From: Octopus vulgaris
Lineage: Eukaryota
Reading direction: 5' to 3'
Assembly: GCA_951406725.2 (NCBI GenBank)
Contig: OX597834.1
Location: 42,594,001-42,658,000 of the forward strand
Length of the DNA stretch: 64,000 bases
In this document: positions 40,624 through 54,203 of the stretch, piece after piece
Layout: every line of letters starts with the position of its first letter
Position numbering within the stretch: the stretch's first letter is position 1
The notes under the pieces: model-generated
The model's database searches: none
Seen by the model: only the letters and a program-made list of their open reading frames with translations
What the model was told of the DNA's origin: nothing
Made by a program: the position numbers and the translations under genes

Positions 40624-40921
40624 ATTATTTATTTATGCGGCCTTTTCGAGCCTAGCCAGGCTCATGGGCCCGGTTTCCCGGTTTCTATGGCGTATGTGTT
40701 CCCTCCAGCTGGACGGGACGCCAGTCCATCACAGCGTTGCTCAAGAAACAGGAAGAAGGAAAGAAAGTTGGGGCGAAAGAGTACAAAAGGGCTCGCCCCC
40801 CCCCTCCCCTCGTGGAGCTTTAGGTGTTTTTGCTCAATAAACACACACCGCCTGGTCTGGGAATCGAAAATCCTCCGACCGCGAGTCCGCTGCCCTAACC
40901 ACTGGGCCATTGCGCCTCCAC
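40624..40921 (-). mobile_element. SINE C with 11-bp TSD (1 mismatch)
   Basis: Reverse complement of 36876 element; GTTCATATACA 40613-40623 / GTTCATACACA 40922-40932; (ATAA)n tail. Confidence 0.9.
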
Positions 40922-41345
40922 GTTCATACACATACCTGTATAATTGGTACACACCTACATATTCCCAGAAATTTCCTCACCTTTCACCTCCCGTGGTCCT
41001 ACACCTGTATAGCTGCTACGATATGACACTGGTTTTTCCCGTGTCCTGTCATTGAATATTCATACCTGAGTAATTATGCGTACACACAGCTAATCTTACC
41101 TGTTTTTCTATGAACTTAAGTATAGAAATTATAATTTACGATTTCTCAATTACAGCATTTCGAAATAATGCGCACAAAGTCACCCTCTGTCCAAATGAGT
41201 ACAAAGCCCCCCCCTCTGTCTCCATCTTCTCTCTATTTCTTTCATGCGGACATAATTTTATACGCACGCGCTCATAAACATAGATTGACTAGTTATGGGA
41301 GTTGTTTACAACTATGTAAAGTATTTTCATCATTTGAAAACCCAC

Positions 41346-41440
<95 letters not shown>

Positions 41441-41516
41441 GTCTATCTATCTGTCTGTCTGTCTTCGATCTATCTGTCTGTCTGTCTTCGATCTATCTAT
41501 CTATCTCTGTCTATCC

Positions 41517-41552
<36 letters not shown>

Positions 41553-41687
41553 TCGATCTATCTATCTATCTGTCTATCTATCTAACTGTCAATCTATTAT
41601 GTATAAAACATATATATTTGTATTTGTGTCGGTGTAGCATCACATCACCGAACCTTTTCATTGGAACAAACAAATCTATATTTTCGT

Positions 41688-41727
41688 TCTCTCTGATGAA
41701 AACTTTCCGTATGAAACGCGTCTAGTA
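41688..41727 (+). ncRNA. Decayed hammerhead motif
   Basis: CTGATGA aaactttccgtat GAAAC gc GTC: core and palindromic ACGCGT intact, helices I and II not. Confidence 0.4.
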
Positions 41728-42404
41728 TGAATTGATTTACGGATTCTTATGTGTTGATATTAATTTTTGCCTTTTGTTTCTGTATTTTTGCATCATTATG
41801 TACACCAGTTTGCTAAATGTATCTTATTTCATCGAATAGTCACCGAAGTTTTGAAACAACTGTAAAGACTTAGCAAGGACTCACATTTTCTCATCATATA
41901 TATGTGTGTGTTGTGTGTGTGTGTGTGTGTGTAATAGAGTTGTAAAAGACTTGATGCTATATACAACTGTTTGTTCATCTTCTATTTTGTGTGAGTGTGC
42001 CTGCACTTACTTACATAATTCCACAAACACTATCTTCTATATTTCCTGTTTCTCTCAAAGATCTTACCCTCATGGTGGATATAATTGTTTGTTCTTTCCA
42101 GGTGAGCACTTTTATTGAAAATTTCTAATCTGATAACTAATCCATAACTAAATAGATTTCTTCTCACCTGCTTTACGTGATCTCCCACCTATTTTGCATA
42201 CATATATACAACCCATCCCACCCCACAGTCCCACATGCATATGTAAAAATCATTTTTACTTACTTATATACTTGCGTAAGTGGGCAAAAAGTATTGAATT
42301 CACAACGGAAGAGTTTGTATATTCTCAAATATTTGGAAAAATGAAATTTTGAGTTGAGATTAAACAAGTTCTAGTCTTCAAAGTGATAAATAATATATAA
42401 TGTA

Positions 42405-42435
<31 letters not shown>

Positions 42436-42554
42436 GTGGAATGTATTTATATATATGATAGTCTATACATATGAATATAAATTTGTATATATATGTATGT
42501 CTCTCTAACTCTATTTCTATCTCTTCCTCCTCTCTATCACTGTATGTATGTATG

Positions 42555-42598
<44 letters not shown>

Positions 42599-43039
42599 CA
42601 TACACACACACATCTATCTATCTGTCTGTGTACATTTATAATAGTCTCCAGGTTCATACTTCCTGTCCAACCCAAATCACGTACACAAGAATTGAAAGCA
42701 GCATCACATATGAATGTGAGAAATCTGCCGGTGTAGAACCTTCTTCACTTCCTCAAAGATCTCCTGGATTCCATTTCGTTGGATAATCTGGATCTCTGGC
42801 ATCACTGTGGACCCACATCCTGCGACATTGTAAAGCACAGCCACTGACCACCTTGAGGCTCCTCGGATTGTGTCTTTGCTTCCAACCTGGTCAACCTCAT
42901 GCTGGCAGACACCTTCGATAGTTCCATTGGTATTAGATAATGCACCGATGACTCAGTATAGAACCTCAGGAGGCTTCAAGCAGGATCAACGTTTCGGTAG
43001 ACAACCACCGCCTTCTGTTTGCCGAAGATTGTTACCTCA

Positions 43040-43780
43040 GCGTCACCTCAGAGGCTGACATGCAAAACTGTGTTGAACTGTTCTCCGGCGCCTGTAATAA
43101 TCTTTAGCCTGACGATCAAAAAAGACCAAAGTGACCCAACAGCGAATTTCAGGAAAACCATATGTTGAACCTAATATCTTCATCAATGGTTAACGGTTAA
43201 AATGTCGTGGACAGGTTCACCCATTGAAGCAGCATAATCTTCTAAACTGTTGTTATTAATGGTGAAGTAAATGCTAGACTCACAAAGGCCAGAACAGCAT
43301 TATTCGGCAGACTCTATAGGAATGTGGATTAAAGGAGAGACCAATATCAAGGTGTACCATGCTCTTTATCGATGCGAGAACGTGGAGTGTCTGTCAAAGA
43401 TATTCAAGGAAGCTGAACCACTTCCATACCATTCGGCTCAGGAGTATTTCGTAGCATTGATTGATCCATGGCAGAATTGATTCATGATGCACAGTTGCAT
43501 TCTCGTACAGAATTGCTCAGCATCCACAAGATCCTGATGCAGACACAGCTGCTCTATGCAAGTCCCTTAGTTTGCATGACTGACCACCGGCTCTCAGAGG
43601 AACTGTTCCGTAGCAAGTTCCAGCAAAGTAAACGCTCCTGATGAGGACAGAAAGAAATGCTACGAAGACACACTCAAAGCTTCACTAAAAGCTTTCAACA
43701 TCGTCTTTAATAGTATTAGCTGAGACATATGAGGCCAACAGTGATAGCGGTTGTGCAACAGAGGCAGGCCAGCGGGGAAA
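43040..43780 (+). mobile_element. Decayed RTE-clade LINE fragment
   Basis: SEADMQNCVELFSGACNN..LTI.KKTKV, GKPYVEPNIFING, VVDRFT, FGRLYRNVW, QKKCYEDTLKASLKAFNI across frameshifts and stops. Confidence 0.75.
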
Positions 43781-43869
43781 ATATAGGATGTCTCACTGTC
43801 GCCGGCATTCAGGTAATAGGAAGTAAGCGTATTTAGAATAAAGTACAAGGCCTGAAGCATTTTCTTTTC

Positions 43870-44406
43870 TGCTCTTGGCACAAGACCTGGAATTTTTGGG
43901 GAAGGGCCCAGTCGATTAGATCCACCCCAATATGCAAATGGTACTCAATTTATCGACTCCGGAAGGATGAAAGGCAAAGTCGACCTCGGCGGAATTTGAA
44001 CTTAGAAAGTAAAGACAGGCGAAATACTTACTTTTTTACTACCCACAAGGGGCTAAACACAGAGAGGAAAAACAAGGACAGACAAACGGATTAAGTCGAT
44101 TATATCGACCCAGTGCGTAACTGGTACTTATTTAATCGACGCCGAAAGGATGAAAGGCAAAGTTGACCTCGGTGGAATTTGAACTCATTACTTAACGGCA
44201 GACGAAATACAAAGCCTGAAACATTGAGAGAGCGGACGAGTCAATCAAATCAACCCAAGTACTTTACTGGTAATTAATTTATCAACCCCGAAAGGATGAA
44301 AGGCTAAGTCGACATCAGCAAAATTTGAACTCAGAACGTAGAGACGTCCGAAATGTCGCTGAGGATTTTGCCCGGCGTGCTAACCTTTCTGCCAGCTCAC
44401 CGCCTT
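43870..44406 (-). mobile_element. Three head-to-tail SINE B units
   Basis: GGATGAAAGGC.AAGT.GAC core at ~43966, ~44148, ~44293. Confidence 0.9.
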
Positions 44407-44869
44407 AATTCGTTTTGTCTTAGTATCTGGAAGCCCTTCAGTTGTGATCCTCAAAAGTCCTGGACTTACTCTGGCACTCACGCACGCGCATTTCATCCCC
44501 GCTTAGGCGGAGGCAGTGTATTACATGGAAAATACACATGTACTACATGAAGCAGCTCGAAGAGGATTAGAGCTAACCTGGGACCTCCTAACAACGATAG
44601 TAACAATACGAACTTACGAGAAGGGCTCTACGTGGTGGTCGGATGACTTGCTGAAAATAACAGCCAAAATCTCCTTCGGATTACACTCGTTTAAAAAAAA
44701 AACATACAATGGACACCTTGGTCAATAAAATCACCGATATATTAATACAAACAGACGATGAGGTCATGGTTTGAACGCCTTTGATCAGAAGGCTACGACC
44801 ACCCTGCCAACACCACACGAACCGTCACTTTTACCGCCACCAGCACACCCTCCCGAACGATCACCGATC

Positions 44870-45045
44870 AACACCAGCACCAGCATCGCCACCACAAACC
44901 ACCACCACCGGCACCAGTACCATCATCATCATCATCACCACCACCACCACCACGTCCCCACACGGATGATTACCAATCACCACCATCACCACAACCATCC
45001 ACATCATCACCACCACCACCACTACTACTACTGCCGCCGCCATAT
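44870..45045. repeat. (CAC/CAT)n trinucleotide low-complexity tract
   Basis: Direct reading. Confidence 0.85.
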
Positions 45046-45728
45046 CACACGCAAAGTTGTTGTCGTTGACATCCATGTGATACTTTCGTGTGTACGTGTG
45101 CGCGCGCACATAGGCGTATGTGCACAATTGTGATTGCATGCTAACCTCTACACACACACACACACATACACATACACATTCCCTCTCTCTCTCTACCACC
45201 ACCACTCTATGCCACTGCTGCTCTGTGTCTGTGTGTCCGTATGAATGTGTATGCGCGTGTGCGTGCGGGCGTGCGTGGTTGAGTGACTTGTCAAAGAACA
45301 AACATGCGCGGCAGCCGTTGATTCATCAACAGTTAACATTGCATCGCTTACGAGTGTTTACGCTCGCTGCTGCAACGTTCTACATCACACACACACACAC
45401 ACACACACATGCCACGGACCCTCCATGAGCTCGGAATGCCTACTAGAAATCGTAGCTAAGACTTCGTCGCAAACCGAACCATATTTCTCCGATTTTGTGA
45501 GATATAATCAAAGATATATTAAAAGACGTTCACCAAAATATAACAACTCCGGAGAGACAGGATGGTCACGGTTTGAATGGCTTGGGATTTATTGGTTTGC
45601 TTTGATCAGGATTAACCTGGGGTCTACTCTGGATCGATAAGAAGCCCCTTTTGCAACCACGTGGTTTGAGGTTTAGTCCTACTGTAAGATGCCTTGGTGT
45701 ACTGTAGCCCTGGGTCGACCAAAGCCTA

Positions 45729-45946
45729 TGAGGGGCGGTGTTGAAAAGTTCCTGGCTTTAGGGCTGCCGTGAAAGGCATGGGTGGAAGCCCACCCTTCCA
45801 AATTTTTTATAGGGCTATGAAAAATCGAAGGACCGCTGCGATAAATGAGTGAATCTGAGAAAGGGAATACGTTGAATAAAATCATTATTAACTGATCCGC
45901 CTGCATTTTCTTTCACCCTAAACCGGGAACTTTTCAGCACCCCTAG
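45729..45946 (+). mobile_element. mariner MITE, same family as 7857-8070 in opposite orientation
   Basis: TIRs GAGGGGCGGTGTTGAAAAGTTCCTGGCTTTA / TAAACCGGGAACTTTTCAGCACCCCT, TA flanks. Confidence 0.8.
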
Positions 45947-46430
45947 TAGTAAGTACAGAATCGATATATGACCCTAAATCCTATTTTCTCACCGCACTCA
46001 AATCCATGGTTGTTTTGGCCGTTGATTCTCAGCCCCAGGTCAAACTCTTGCGACCACAGCTACGATCCAAGGTGTCTCATCATTCTGATCTCATCGAAGT
46101 TTTTCTTTTTTTCCCGTCTCTGTGGCATAGTTTATCTAACAATTTAGCGGAATGTATAGAGCGTATTGGGCGTACTACAAACACACAGATACGGTATGGT
46201 GTAACATATGCAACAGAGTAAGGGGAAAAAACTTCGATGAAGTAAGACTATTTATGATACGAGTAGGAAAAATCTCCAGGCGTTGTATGTGTAGTTTTTT
46301 TAAAATGTAAAAAACGGCATTCAAGGGAGACAACTCCAATAATATCAACGAATTAAATTATTTTTAAAAAAGGGGGAGAAAAAGCATGACTGTGTGGTTG
46401 CCTCCCAACCACATGCTCCCTCCCTCCCAA

Positions 46431-46499
<69 letters not shown>

Positions 46500-46503
46500 C
46501 ACA

Positions 46504-47024
46504 CGACGGGTTTCTTTCAGTTTCCGCCTAACAAATCCACTCACAAGGCTTTGGTCGGCCCGAGGCTATAGTAGAAGACACTTGCCCAAGGTGCCAGGCA
46601 GTGGGACTGAACCCGGAACCGTGTGGTTGGTAAGCAATCTACTTACCACACAACCACTCCTGCACCTATATGGTTGTGATTTCCATTAATTACATCGTTA
46701 ATCTCAATTAATCGATGTCTTCAACCCACTTTGTGCTACATTTATGAGAGTCAACATTGCGGTTGTCTTGGCCATACATTTCCTTTGTTTCTTTTACTTT
46801 TTTCTCTCATTGCACTGCGACCATACTGGGGCACTGCCTTCAAGGGTTTTAAATGCTCAAATTTCCCGGTACTTATTTTATTTAGTCCGGTACATATTCT
46901 GTCGGTTTCTTTCTTCCTGGAACCGCTAGGTTACGGGGTTGCAAACAAAACTGCGTCCGTTGCAAAGCGTTGCGATAAAGGACACACAGACACAAACACA
47001 CACGCACAGCCACATGTGAGTGCA

Positions 47025-47074
<50 letters not shown>

Positions 47075-47230
47075 TGTATAATTACTTCCACACAGTTACT
47101 GTCAACCAAATCTACTCATTAGATTTTTGTCGGCCCGAGGCTACAGTAGACGGCATTTGCCCAAGGTGCCACACAGTCGTATTGAACCTCGATTCACGTG
47201 ACTGCAATGGGAGTTTTTTAACTACACATA
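46504..47230 (-). mobile_element. SINE A 5' half (46504-46666) and an older SINE A (46790-47230)
   Basis: CACTTGCCCAAGGTGCC core in both. Confidence 0.8.
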
Positions 47231-47266
47231 CTAAACAAAAAACAAAACAAAAGAAGTAGAGATATA

Positions 47267-47666
47267 GGCGCAGGAGTGGCTGTGTGGTAAGTAGCTCGCT
47301 TACCAACCACATGGTTCCGGGTTCAGTCCCACTGCATGGTGTCTTGGGCAAGTGTCTTCTGCTATAGCCCTGGGTCGACCAATGCCTTGTGAGTGGATTT
47401 GGTAGACGGAAACTGAAAGAAGCCTGTCGTATATATGTATATGTATATATATGTATGTGTGTGTTTGTGTGTCTGTGTTTGTTCCCCTAGCATTGCTTGA
47501 CAACCGATGCTGGTATGTTTACGTCCCCGTCACTTAGCGGTTCGGCAAAAGAGACCGATAGAATAAGTACTGGGCTTACAAAGAATAAGTCCCGGGGTCG
47601 ATCTGCTCGACTAAAGGCGGTGCTCCAGCATGGCCGCAGTCAAATGACTGAAACAAGTAAAACAGT
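47267..47666 (+). mobile_element. Full-length SINE A
   Basis: GGCGCAGGAGTGGCTGTGTGGTAAG ... GGCGGTGCTCCAGCATGGCCGCAGTCAAATGACTGAAACAAGT. Confidence 0.92.
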
Positions 47667-48105
47667 ATATGTATTCATACATTTTCACTTTGAAAGAAAT
47701 CTTTGAACTCGATTTTCAGGGTCTGAGCATAAACCAACATCTGTGTTCCGCTTCTCATGACACGTGGTTTGGTAACCTCTCTACAAAAGTCCTTCTCGTT
47801 GTTACACCTTTTGCTAATCAGCCGCGAGAATTGGTCGAAAAAAATACCTAAATATTTTACTTATTACTAAGAGATAATTCTTTTTCATAGTGTAGAAATA
47901 ACTGTGGGTTTGCTGTTGGGATTATGGCTAGAAAGGGGGTTACAGAGCAAATGAACTTGAGGAACACTTTTTCATATTAAGGGTCATTAAACGGGATCCC
48001 AATTGTAACTTAAAACCCCAAACTTGTACAAACACCTTAGTCATAAATCTGTGTGTATGTGTGTGTGTGTACACGCATACATACTTATATATATATATAT
48101 ATATG

Positions 48106-48158
<53 letters not shown>

Positions 48159-48296
48159 ATATGCGTCATCTATCTATTTAATTAGAAATATTTAAATATC
48201 TCTACTTTAATATTTGGCTGTTAACGTTCCATCGTCATATGTCTATATCTACCAACATAACCCTCCCTCCCTCTCCCCCTACATACATATATATTT

Positions 48297-48337
<41 letters not shown>

Positions 48338-48760
48338 TTCGACACGGGGCACTGTTTACATTCTCTACTTAATATTAAAGCTATATAATGCATTGATAAA
48401 CACAAATGCAGACTCCCTGCTTTTCTGTGATGTAAATTAAATAGTTTTTCCATAAACTAATGATGATGATGATGCTACTACTACTATTATTACTACTACT
48501 GATGATGATGATGATGATGATATTAATAATATTGCCCCCTGCTACGTTTCATTTATATACTTAAAAAATCATTTACATAGGTTAAAAAGTGATATGACGG
48601 ATAAAGTTACATGAAAACGCAAGGAAGGATAAAGACATTGAATATACATAATGCGCAGATATATACATACATACATACATATATATATATATACCATATG
48701 CATGCATACAAACACATATAATGCACATATGTGTATATTTATGATATATATAATATATAT

Positions 48761-48804
<44 letters not shown>

Positions 48805-48844
48805 GCGGGTAGTGATACATGCAGGAAAATTCGAAACATGAGTA

Positions 48845-48912
<68 letters not shown>

Positions 48913-48922
48913 TAATGAGCAT

Positions 48923-49025
48923 AGTGACAAAGTGACTCAAGGCCCGAGTGTTTCATGCAGTAGCAATGAAACCCTCGGATAAATGTCGGTGCACGAAACT
49001 CTTGGCTCTTAAGCCACTCTGTTAG
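48923..49025. repeat. Imperfect foldback
   Basis: AAAGTGACTCAAGGCCCGAGTGTTTCATGCA versus TGCACGAAACTCTTGGCTCTTAAGCCACTCT. Confidence 0.55.
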
Positions 49026-49079
49026 TCCTGCCGGTTACTATTATTACCACTACTACTACAACAACATATATGTAAATAT

Positions 49080-49241
49080 AAGCGCAGCGTGACTGTTATG
49101 AAGCTTGATATCCAACCACATCGTTCCGAGTTCAGTCTCACTGCCTGGCATCTTGGGCCGTTGAAAACCTTGTGAGTGGATTTGGCTGACGGAAGCTGAA
49201 AGACGCCCATTGTGCCTGTGGTGTGTGTGTGGATGTGTATG

Positions 49242-49277
<36 letters not shown>

Positions 49278-49480
49278 TATGTGCGTGCCTTTTTTCCACT
49301 TCAGGTAGTGTATTTACATCGCCATAGCTAGAGGTTCGGCAAAAGACATCGATTAATAAGTACCAGGCTTAAAAAAAAACAAAACAATATGTACTGGGGG
49401 TCTTTAAATTCGGCCAAAAGTTCTGTAAGAGCGGGGCCCCAGCATAGCCGCAGTCTTATGACTGAAACTAATAAAAGATA
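49080..49480 (+). mobile_element. Old SINE A
   Basis: CCTTGTGAGTGGATTTGG, GGTTCGGCAAAAGA, CCCCAGCATAGCCGCAGTCTTATGACTGAAAC. Confidence 0.75.
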
Positions 49481-49521
<41 letters not shown>

Positions 49522-49574
49522 CACCAAATTTTAACAAAACATAGTTATAATGAAATCGCATAATGATAATAAAG

Positions 49575-49968
49575 GTTTCAAATTTTGTCACAAGGGCAGC
49601 AATTTTCGGGGAGGGGTTGAATCGATTACATCGACCTCAGCGTTCAAATTGTACTTAATTAACCGATCCTGAATGAAGAAAAGCAAAGTTGGCCACAGTG
49701 GAATTTGAACTCAGAACGGAGCGACGGGCGAAATGCCTATTTCTTTATTAGCCGCAAGGGGATAAACATGGAGAGGACAAACAAGGACAGACAAACGGAT
49801 TAAGTCGAGTACATCGACCCAAGTGCGTCATTGGTACTTTATTTATCGACCCCGAAAGGATTAAAGGCAAAGTCGACTTCGGCGGAATTTGAACTCAGAA
49901 CGTAGCGGCAGACGAAATACCGCTAAGCATTTCGCCCGGCGTGCTAATGATTCTGCCAGCTCACCGTC
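49575..49968 (-). mobile_element. Two head-to-tail SINE B units
   Basis: Core twice; full head at 49900-49968. Confidence 0.9.
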
Positions 49969-49971
49969 TCA

Positions 49972-50003
<32 letters not shown>

Positions 50004-50732
50004 TATTATTATTATACAGCGTTTCAATGGAAGTTGTTTATTTAAGCATTCTCACACACAAAATTGCAAAAAAAAAAGGCAATTTTCATACAAAGACACA
50101 TAACCAATCCCACGGCAAATCTCTCACACACAACACATTCACATAGACACAATCACATACACACACACACACACACACACTCTCACACACTTCTACACAC
50201 ACTGACAGTCATCCACAACCGCACACTCCCACACACCCACAAGCAGATCATTATCATCCATGTATCTATATGTTTCCTGATACCGTGGGAAGATTTGCCG
50301 TAAATACAATATTTATATCCGGGTGACTCACCTAGAATTTCAAAATGTAAACTGAACTAATTAATCAAATTACCTTAATGAATTCACTAATGTATTTTGT
50401 TTGTTACATGAACTGTGCTTCACTTTATATAGTTCGTTAATTAAAATTACGAAGAAAAACACTGCCCTCCGAGCGGCCTTCTAGTTTATGTAACACGTGC
50501 ACTCACACACATGTGGATAGGCATGTGTGTGTGTATGTATGTATGTGTACAGACAGTAGGTGAAAGCTAGATATGCTCAGTATAGTAAACATGTTCTAGT
50601 GCTCGAATGTATTCTACATCGAGGACTGGGGTCGACAGCGTCAGGAGTTGCTATAAGAGAAATTCAAAGTGCGCTGCTATGGAGATGATAATGCAGATAA
50701 ACACAATTAGGCTATACACAAACACGTATGTA

Positions 50733-50797
<65 letters not shown>

Positions 50798-50821
50798 CTT
50801 CTACTAATAATAATCATAATA

Positions 50822-50863
50822 AAATGGAGTTGCATGAAACGATCGTACTGCATTACCTCTGGA
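50822..50863 (+). repeat. 42-bp exact copy of 17834-17875 (3' half of hammerhead motif)
   Basis: AAATGGAGTTGCATGAAACGATCGTACTGCATTACCTCTGGA identical. Confidence 0.9.
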
Positions 50864-50888
50864 TATCCTTGTTGCTTATTTTGAGCAG

Positions 50889-50967
50889 GGAGATTTATGC
50901 TGAATCCTTAATGTAGTTCTCAATGAAATTCAGCATGAATCTCCTCGAGAACTACATTAAGGGTTCA
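50889..50967. repeat. Interleaved inverted repeats A-B-A'-B'
   Basis: A 50889-50905 pairs with 50928-50944 (17 bp); B 50901-50921 pairs with 50947-50967 (21 bp). Confidence 0.85.
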
Positions 50968-51912
50968 CGTGTCTGTGGAGTGGTCAGCCATTTGCATGTT
51001 AATTTTACGAGCTGGCTGTTCCATTGACCAGATCAGCTAGAATCCTCGTTGTCGAAACCTATGGAGTGCCAATACCTTACTTTGAATCCTCACTTTATAA
51101 TTATATAGAAGAACTTTTAGTTACTTTAGCTATGTCACATTTTAAACACCGGATTAAGAAATAATTCGGCATACTATTAATCTTTCTCACCTCTACTCGT
51201 TTGTGAATGTGTTGGGATCATGTTGGGGCCCCGTTGTGAAATCAGCTACGCCTATAACACTCGCTAAGGACTTGCAGTTAGTTAAAGAGGATATCATGGT
51301 TTGATTTGTGTGTCTGCGTGCGTACCAATGTTTGTGAAATGGATGTCTGAGTATGTGTGTTCGTGTGTTGTTGCCAGTGTACTTTTTGTTGTGTGGTTGA
51401 TATTTGACTTAATGAGGAATGATTTGTTGTGGTATTAGTTTATCTAGTGTCTAACAAGGTAGACTGTCCAGCTATTGTTACGGTGTTGACATCTCATCTA
51501 TATTCTGTTCATGAATAAACACAAACTGTGTTATGGGGGATGTAAACAACCCTTGCTTTGTCACGCACAATGTACAGATTTCACAGCGAAATTCACACAG
51601 CAATCTTGAAAAGAAAACTATTAATTACACCGCAAAATATGTTAGATAGAACTTTAAAAAGCACAGAGATAAGAGAATGAAGCTAATGACCAACTAACAC
51701 GGAGCCATAATTGTAATAAACAGAGTACAACGAACACACATGAGAAAACAACGCAGTTAGAAATAATTATATTCACAAGTGAAAAGTGCTGGGCGCAACA
51801 ATAACCTCTATGTGGATGCGTAAGATTTTAGAAATAGCAGCTAAATCTCTCTGAAATCGTACATGGATATTTTTATAACAGGATGATGCATAGTCCTTGA
51901 TATATTGATATA

Positions 51913-52253
51913 CAGGTTGATTCAAAAGTCTCCATACATAGGAAATATTCCCTAGATTCCCTGATATGCCCCCTCTTGATTTTTGTCTTTGGGGGCATTT
52001 GAAGGGCATGGTGTATCGTGGCAAGATAAAAGACATTTCAAGGAACACATCACCACCTCATTTGCACACGTATCACCAGGTGTGCTACTAAGAGCCCACA
52101 ATCAGTGGGGTAAACGTGTTGAATTGTGTAATCAAAACAATGGTGACCATATTAGAGCCTGTTAAATAAAAAAAACAAAAAACTGTTCTTATAAACTGTT
52201 TCTTATAAAAAGATAAATTGTTCCCAATGTATGGCGACTTTTGAATCTCCCTG
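51913..52253 (+). mobile_element. Internally deleted Tc1/mariner-superfamily element
   Basis: TIRs CAGGTTGATTCAAAAGTCTCCATACAT / ATGTATGGCGACTTTTGAATCTCCCTG, TA TSD; PRFPDMPPLDFCLWGHLKGMVY resembles the transposase motif PRSPDL.PLDF.LWG.LK..VY. Confidence 0.9.
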
Positions 52254-52676
52254 TAGATGCAATCAATAGGTCGTTATGCTCTAAGCAGGACCAGAAACCA
52301 CGCAACGATCAAAGGTGAGCTCGATAAAGGCCGATTTGGGTGATAGACAACAACTATAACCAATTAAAACGCAATTAAATTCTGAAAGTAGTCGACAGAT
52401 GGCAGTTTTGAAGCCATAAAATTTGATTGAAGCCATAAAATTTGATTGTGATAAAACCTTTCCTTCGCGTTACGGCGTTGCTCGCCGAATGTTTCACTTG
52501 GCTGCGGCCATGGTGGGGCACCACGTTGAAGAACTTTTAGTCGAATGAATTGACCTCAATACTTATTTTTTAAAATTTAAGCCTGGTACTTATTATATCA
52601 ATCTATTTTCCCGAACCGCTAAGTTGTCAGGGGGTTGGGGTGGAGGAACACAGATCTGAAAACATACATATAATGT

Positions 52677-52712
<36 letters not shown>

Positions 52713-52793
52713 TAAAAGGGATTCGTGGGAAAACTCGTTTAAATAAAAGGGTTGGGAACCAATGTTCTTGTTAAATTAATCATAGAATCTGTG

Positions 52794-52952
52794 AAAGCGG
52801 TGACCTAGCAGAATAAGTTAGTACACTGCGCAAAATGCTTAGCTGTATTTCGTGTCTTTATATAGTCTCAGTTCAAATTCTGCCGAGGTCACCCTTACTT
52901 TTCATCCCTTCGGAATCGATAGAAGAAAGTACCTTTTGAGCACTGGGGTCGA
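52794..52952 (+). mobile_element. Old SINE B
   Basis: AAAGCGGTGACCTAGCAGAA..AAATGCTTAGC..AGTTCAAATTCTGCCGAGGTC. Confidence 0.75.
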
Positions 52953-52954
52953 TT

Positions 52955-53335
52955 TTGTTTTTCACAGATTAACTTTTGTAGGTCGAACTATGTAAAACGT
53001 TCGAGAAAGAAATCCAGTTGCTTTAAATCTATATATTTATATACATTGCAGCAAACAAAATATTTTTCAGGGTCATTGAAAATACTATTGTGGATCCCCA
53101 CTTTACTATTTTATTTTGTGGACCCCCAGAAATGTTATATGGACTCTCAGGGACCCCGGAAATCTTATATAGACCCATGAGATAAAACACTCCCAATGAC
53201 AGGTTTCTACTTCTGTCTATCAGATTTCAATTAGAAAACTTTGGTTGTGCTGATGCCTAGAACTATGTTACAAGAAATCTTATATGAACCCTCAGGAAAT
53301 CTTATATCGACCCTCAGGATCCTCTGGTTAAGAAG
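52955..53335 (+). mobile_element. Partial hAT-like MITE related to 58101-58434
   Basis: TTTTGTTTTTCACAGATTAACTTTTGTAGGTCGAACTA and TTTCAGGGTC..TATTGTGGA resemble 58220-58350. Confidence 0.55.
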
Positions 53336-54030
53336 TCGATGTGTGACAAAAAAAAAGGAAACCTGTAGAATTTCAAACCGAAGCTTAGAGTATGCTAGGT
53401 TTGAATGTGTGTGAGAGAGAGAGCGGGAGATAGAAAGACAGACAAAGAGACACAGAAACCGTCATCGGATGGCAAATCACACGTGTTTTACCCGTGACTT
53501 TGTATTTCGATTTCTGTATACGACGAGCGTCTCACTCTCAGGTTATTGATGAGAGCGAACGTAAAGTGCAAGGTACTTGTCCAACGTGTGGCACGGTGGT
53601 ATTCAATTCTAGTTGCATGTGCTGACGAAACGAACCACTCAACTTCCCCACTCGGCCTACATCTATTGATATTCAACTTAGATAATAGTTTTACGGTCTT
53701 AAGCCAATAACGCTGGTCTAGCATATAATACCATTGAAGTGTGTGGCTTACTTACGCTAGAAACAAAATTAATTAGAATCAATTTTGCTAATCATGTGTC
53801 TTTCTTTTTTTGTTCTGCTTCGCTTGCTCTATCTCTTTCTCTCTCTGTCTCTTTCTCTCCACCAACCCCCACCGCTACACTGTGAATAAGAACTTCATTG
53901 ATTGCTACTAATTTCTCACGGGCAACGCTGTACAATGAAGTCAGTCTTGTATAAATCATAATAATCATACTTAATTCCTCTTGAGAAATATTAGGTAAAT
54001 TTATGTAGAGATGTGTGTCTCTATGTATGT

Positions 54031-54066
<36 letters not shown>

Positions 54067-54160
54067 CGTTCTGTTTATATGTGCTTATGCGTTTATACAT
54101 CTGTGTATTTGTGTTTCAAACCGTGTAGGTATATTAGTGTCGCCTCGTATGTGCACGCAT

Positions 54161-54203
<43 letters not shown>

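Noticed and set aside
44771-45133. His-rich 120-aa ORF
   Set aside because: (CAC/CAT)n low complexity, TTG start, no recognisable domain or clear splice context.
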